A stretch of DNA of 64,000 nucleotides, taken from assembly GCA_030390025.1 (NCBI GenBank), contig CM059432.1, forward strand, positions 42,348,001 to 42,412,000, given 5' to 3'. Made by a program: the position numbers and the translations under genes. The notes below the pieces were generated by a model. It had not been told where the DNA came from and made no database searches. It saw only the letters and a program-made list of their open reading frames with translations. The DNA comes from Squalus acanthias. Taxonomy: Eukaryota. Shown piece after piece: positions 61,049 through 64,000 of this stretch (the first letter of the stretch is position 1; every line of letters starts with the position of its first letter).

Positions 61049-61682
61049 TTAATCTTCTAAATGTGGTAAATATGAAGCTCAGAGAAATAGGAACCTGAAA
61101 AGTGTTGCTCAGGACCAAAACCCCTTGTAGGACAGCGTTAAATCTCTCCAGACGTCTCTCTCTACCTCTCAACCTGCGTATGGCAAAAATTTTGCCGACA
61201 AGAAGCAGCAGGAAGTGCCCGCCTTTAAGTTGATCTTATACAGGTTATACTTTATCATAAAAATATTTATTATTAAAGAGGTTTTGACATGACGATATGT
61301 GAACAATATTTCAATGATACATACTGGGCTAGTTATTGCACCCATTCAACAGGTAGAAAATCTATCTTACTATGTCTTGGATAGGTACAGTGGCATAAAA
61401 TATACAAAGTGCCATGTAGATAATATGCGTGAAATAATTCCAAATATCAGAAGATCTCAAGATTGCAAGAGAGATATGACTGAGGATGGGCATTTGGTCC
61501 GTTTTAGCTCTTCCATATTGAACAAGTTCCCGAATAATAGCACTGAATCATTTCTTAAATAATCCCAGGGTTTTTGCCTTTGCTCTGCTGTCCAGAAGTC
61601 AATTCCACATGTTGATCACTCTTATGTGAAGAACTTTCTGACCCCTAGTCTAAATTTACCTATTACTGCCTTAAGTTATTTA

Positions 61683-62120
61683 CTGGCTCAGTTGATAGCA
61701 CTTTTGCCTCTGAGTCAGAAGGTTGTGTGTTGCAGCCCAATGTGAGGACTTCAGCATATAATCTAGGCTGAAATTTCAGTGCTGTACTAGAGAGTGCTGC
61801 ATTGTCAGAGAAGCCATCTTTTGGATGAGACATTAAACTGAGGCCCCAAGTGCCTATTCAGGTAGATGTAAAAATTCCCATGGCAGTGTTTGAAGAAGAG
61901 TTCTCCTGGTGTCCTGGCCAACATAAAACCCTCACCCAACTCTACCATTAAACATACTAACTGGTCATTTATCTCATTTGCTGTTTGTGGAACCTTGTTA
62001 TGCACTAATTTGCTTCATTTGCCTAAATAAGAAAAATGACTACAATTCAAAAGTAGTTTGTTGGCTGTGAAGTGTTTTGGGACATGCTGAGGATGCAGAA
62101 AGCACAATATAAATGTAAAA
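61683..62120 (+). mobile_element. Deu-domain-type SINE
   Basis: TGGCTCAGTTGATAGCA head, GGATGAGACATTAAACTGAGGCCCC core, and a tail ending AATATAAATGTAAA. Confidence 0.75.
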
Positions 62121-64000
62121 GCTGCATGCCCATGTCTACTAGAAACTGGATTTGGACTGCCTTCGATTCATATAAGACCCTCCGTGCGCTAATTTTCAGC
62201 ACATCTTGTTGGTAACCACATAAAACGGAGGAGAGGTCTGATTTTAATTTAAATGAACATGATCCAAATTTACTACATTATCCATGTATGCAAATAATCC
62301 TTTTGTTCCGGAGTGATTTTAACATGAGGCCACCTCGGAACCTCAGTGCTCATTATGCAGTATCCACTGGCATACCCTGTGCATTAGGATGAACAAGCTT
62401 ACACCAGTAACTGAGCCTGCTAACTCTTCCTCAGGAAACATCAAACTATACTCCCATCAGAGCATGTAAAAAAAAAACTACATAGACACTCAGAGCAAGA
62501 ACGAAAATCTTGCCCCAGATTATGAATTACCTGAAAATGCCAGCCTGTCATCTTTGGTGCTGTAGGCCCTCGATAATTCAAACCACAGCATTGTCAAGAT
62601 CTATGCTGATTTGGCCATATTTGCAGCCCTGACAACTGAAGCATGAATCTGTCAAACTAAATAAGGCGATTGCAGACATTCATTTCAAGGTCAAGGCATT
62701 ATCAGATCTGTGAATTTGTAAGCAACATAAGTGTGATAGTGTCTGGCACCTTTCAAAGATATAGCAAGGTGATTGCTTACTGACAAAGAGAAGAAAAGCT
62801 TTAGAACATGGAATAACATTCTACAAATCACTTCAGAGTGACTGCTGTGTGTAATACCACGATTGTCAATTGAGACAAGTAGTTACTCTCTCTGAAGGAT
62901 TCTCAGACAGTAATAGAGTTCTGGTACAAAAGCAGAATGAACAAGTAACAATATTTTGTTTTGAAAACTATGATTATATTGTTTCTGATGTACTAGTTTC
63001 TATTGTATGCTTGAAGTTTAAGATAATGCCAAGAATTCAACATGCAACATACTAATACGTGCAGGTAATATTAAGCATAAATAACCAACAATCTGGTATA
63101 ATGTATACTTTTTGTACCATGTTGAACCCCAAACTTTATTCAAGCAACATTTTCAATGTTAAAATCTGATTAGACAATGCTGAATGAGAAGGCATGTGTT
63201 ATGGCAGAACTATTTGAGAAGGCAAGGAATTGTACTATTTGTTTCTTCTACAGTACTTTCCCTTTCTGAACTTCCTTTTGGCAACCCATGTTAAATTGCA
63301 TTTTTTTTCCTTTTCATTATACTTTGATAGGATGGTCATTCTTGAATATTGAACATCACGATGATTTATTACATTCAATACTGATTACACTAAAGGGAAT
63401 ATAGCTTAATATCATTGTGGAATAGTGTGAAGCAGCAAGTCTTAATGCTGTTTCAGGATTGGAATTTAATGGGACTTACACGCACTCATTATACTGGTAT
63501 TGCTATTGTTATATTTTCGCACTGGTGTTATGTGTTAAGTTCAAATGAGCAGTTATAATGAAATGCATGGTGCCTGCTTTGTGTTTTATTATTAAAATGC
63601 AAAATAACATAATCAGAAAAATGAAATCTGAGAACCAAACCTCGCAGTTGTTACCTTATTCTATGTTGAAGCTGTAATATTTATTTAATACATGGATATT
63701 TAATGAGCCACTGCACACAGGCTGAGTTAAGGAAGGGATGGAGAATGGTGAAACTCATCGGCCTAGAAAGTTGAGCAGGCCTGGGGTAGAGGGAGCAATC
63801 CCCATGTCTGAATGGATAGGCCTGAAATGCACGTGATATTGGGCCTCGGACCTCATTATCATCAAGCCAATGTGCTGTGGACACCTAATGGGCATCCCCA
63901 GGCAGCTTGCTGCTGAAGAGGAATTGAAGATCAGGCCGCTGCGACAATCGGGGGGAGATCGAGGTCATGATGGGGAGGTCAAGGTCACGATGAAGGGGTT

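Larger units (their letters stand above)
57544..61230. mobile_element. Older relative of the young Harbinger family, truncated at the transposase-side end
   Basis: The left TIR GGGGGGGAAAATTGGG and subterminal sequence resemble the reverse complement of 38700-38949. Homology to copy B ends near GGAAG..CCCGCCTTTAA (~61230). Confidence 0.9.

Noticed and set aside
63740..64000. GC-rich sequence at the window end, possibly another non-autonomous element
   Set aside because: It is cut by the window edge and no TIR pair or TSD can be verified.

Overview
This is eukaryotic, repeat-dense non-genic or intronic DNA. The repeat repertoire suggests a vertebrate, most likely a cartilaginous fish (inference only). 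I cannot support any host protein-coding gene. The window holds at least six PIF/Harbinger DNA transposons of different ages, built on a convergent two-gene plan: a HARBI1-like DDE transposase and a 3-exon Myb/SANT-like partner gene. It also holds several Harbinger-type MITEs, CR1, L2 and RTE LINEs, a Vingi/Ingi-like LINE, and Deu-domain SINEs. Three observations stand out. (1) A very young Harbinger pair (34800-38949 and 39108-41819) forms a ~2.7-kb near-perfect inverted repeat. Its target-site duplications are swapped and the 158-bp CR1 piece between the copies is flipped, which records a transposon-associated inversion. The pair together supplies one intact Myb gene and one transposase with all canonical motifs. 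(2) A 66-nt HDV-fold ribozyme closely resembling the CPEB3 ribozyme sits exactly at the 5' end of the Vingi-like LINE (28503-28568, minus strand), with its catalytic C apparently decayed to T. (3) A three-level nested insertion (Harbinger > Vingi-like LINE > Harbinger MITE, plus a separate CR1 in the same Harbinger) has every TSD still readable. All calls are by eye. No alignments or database searches were run.
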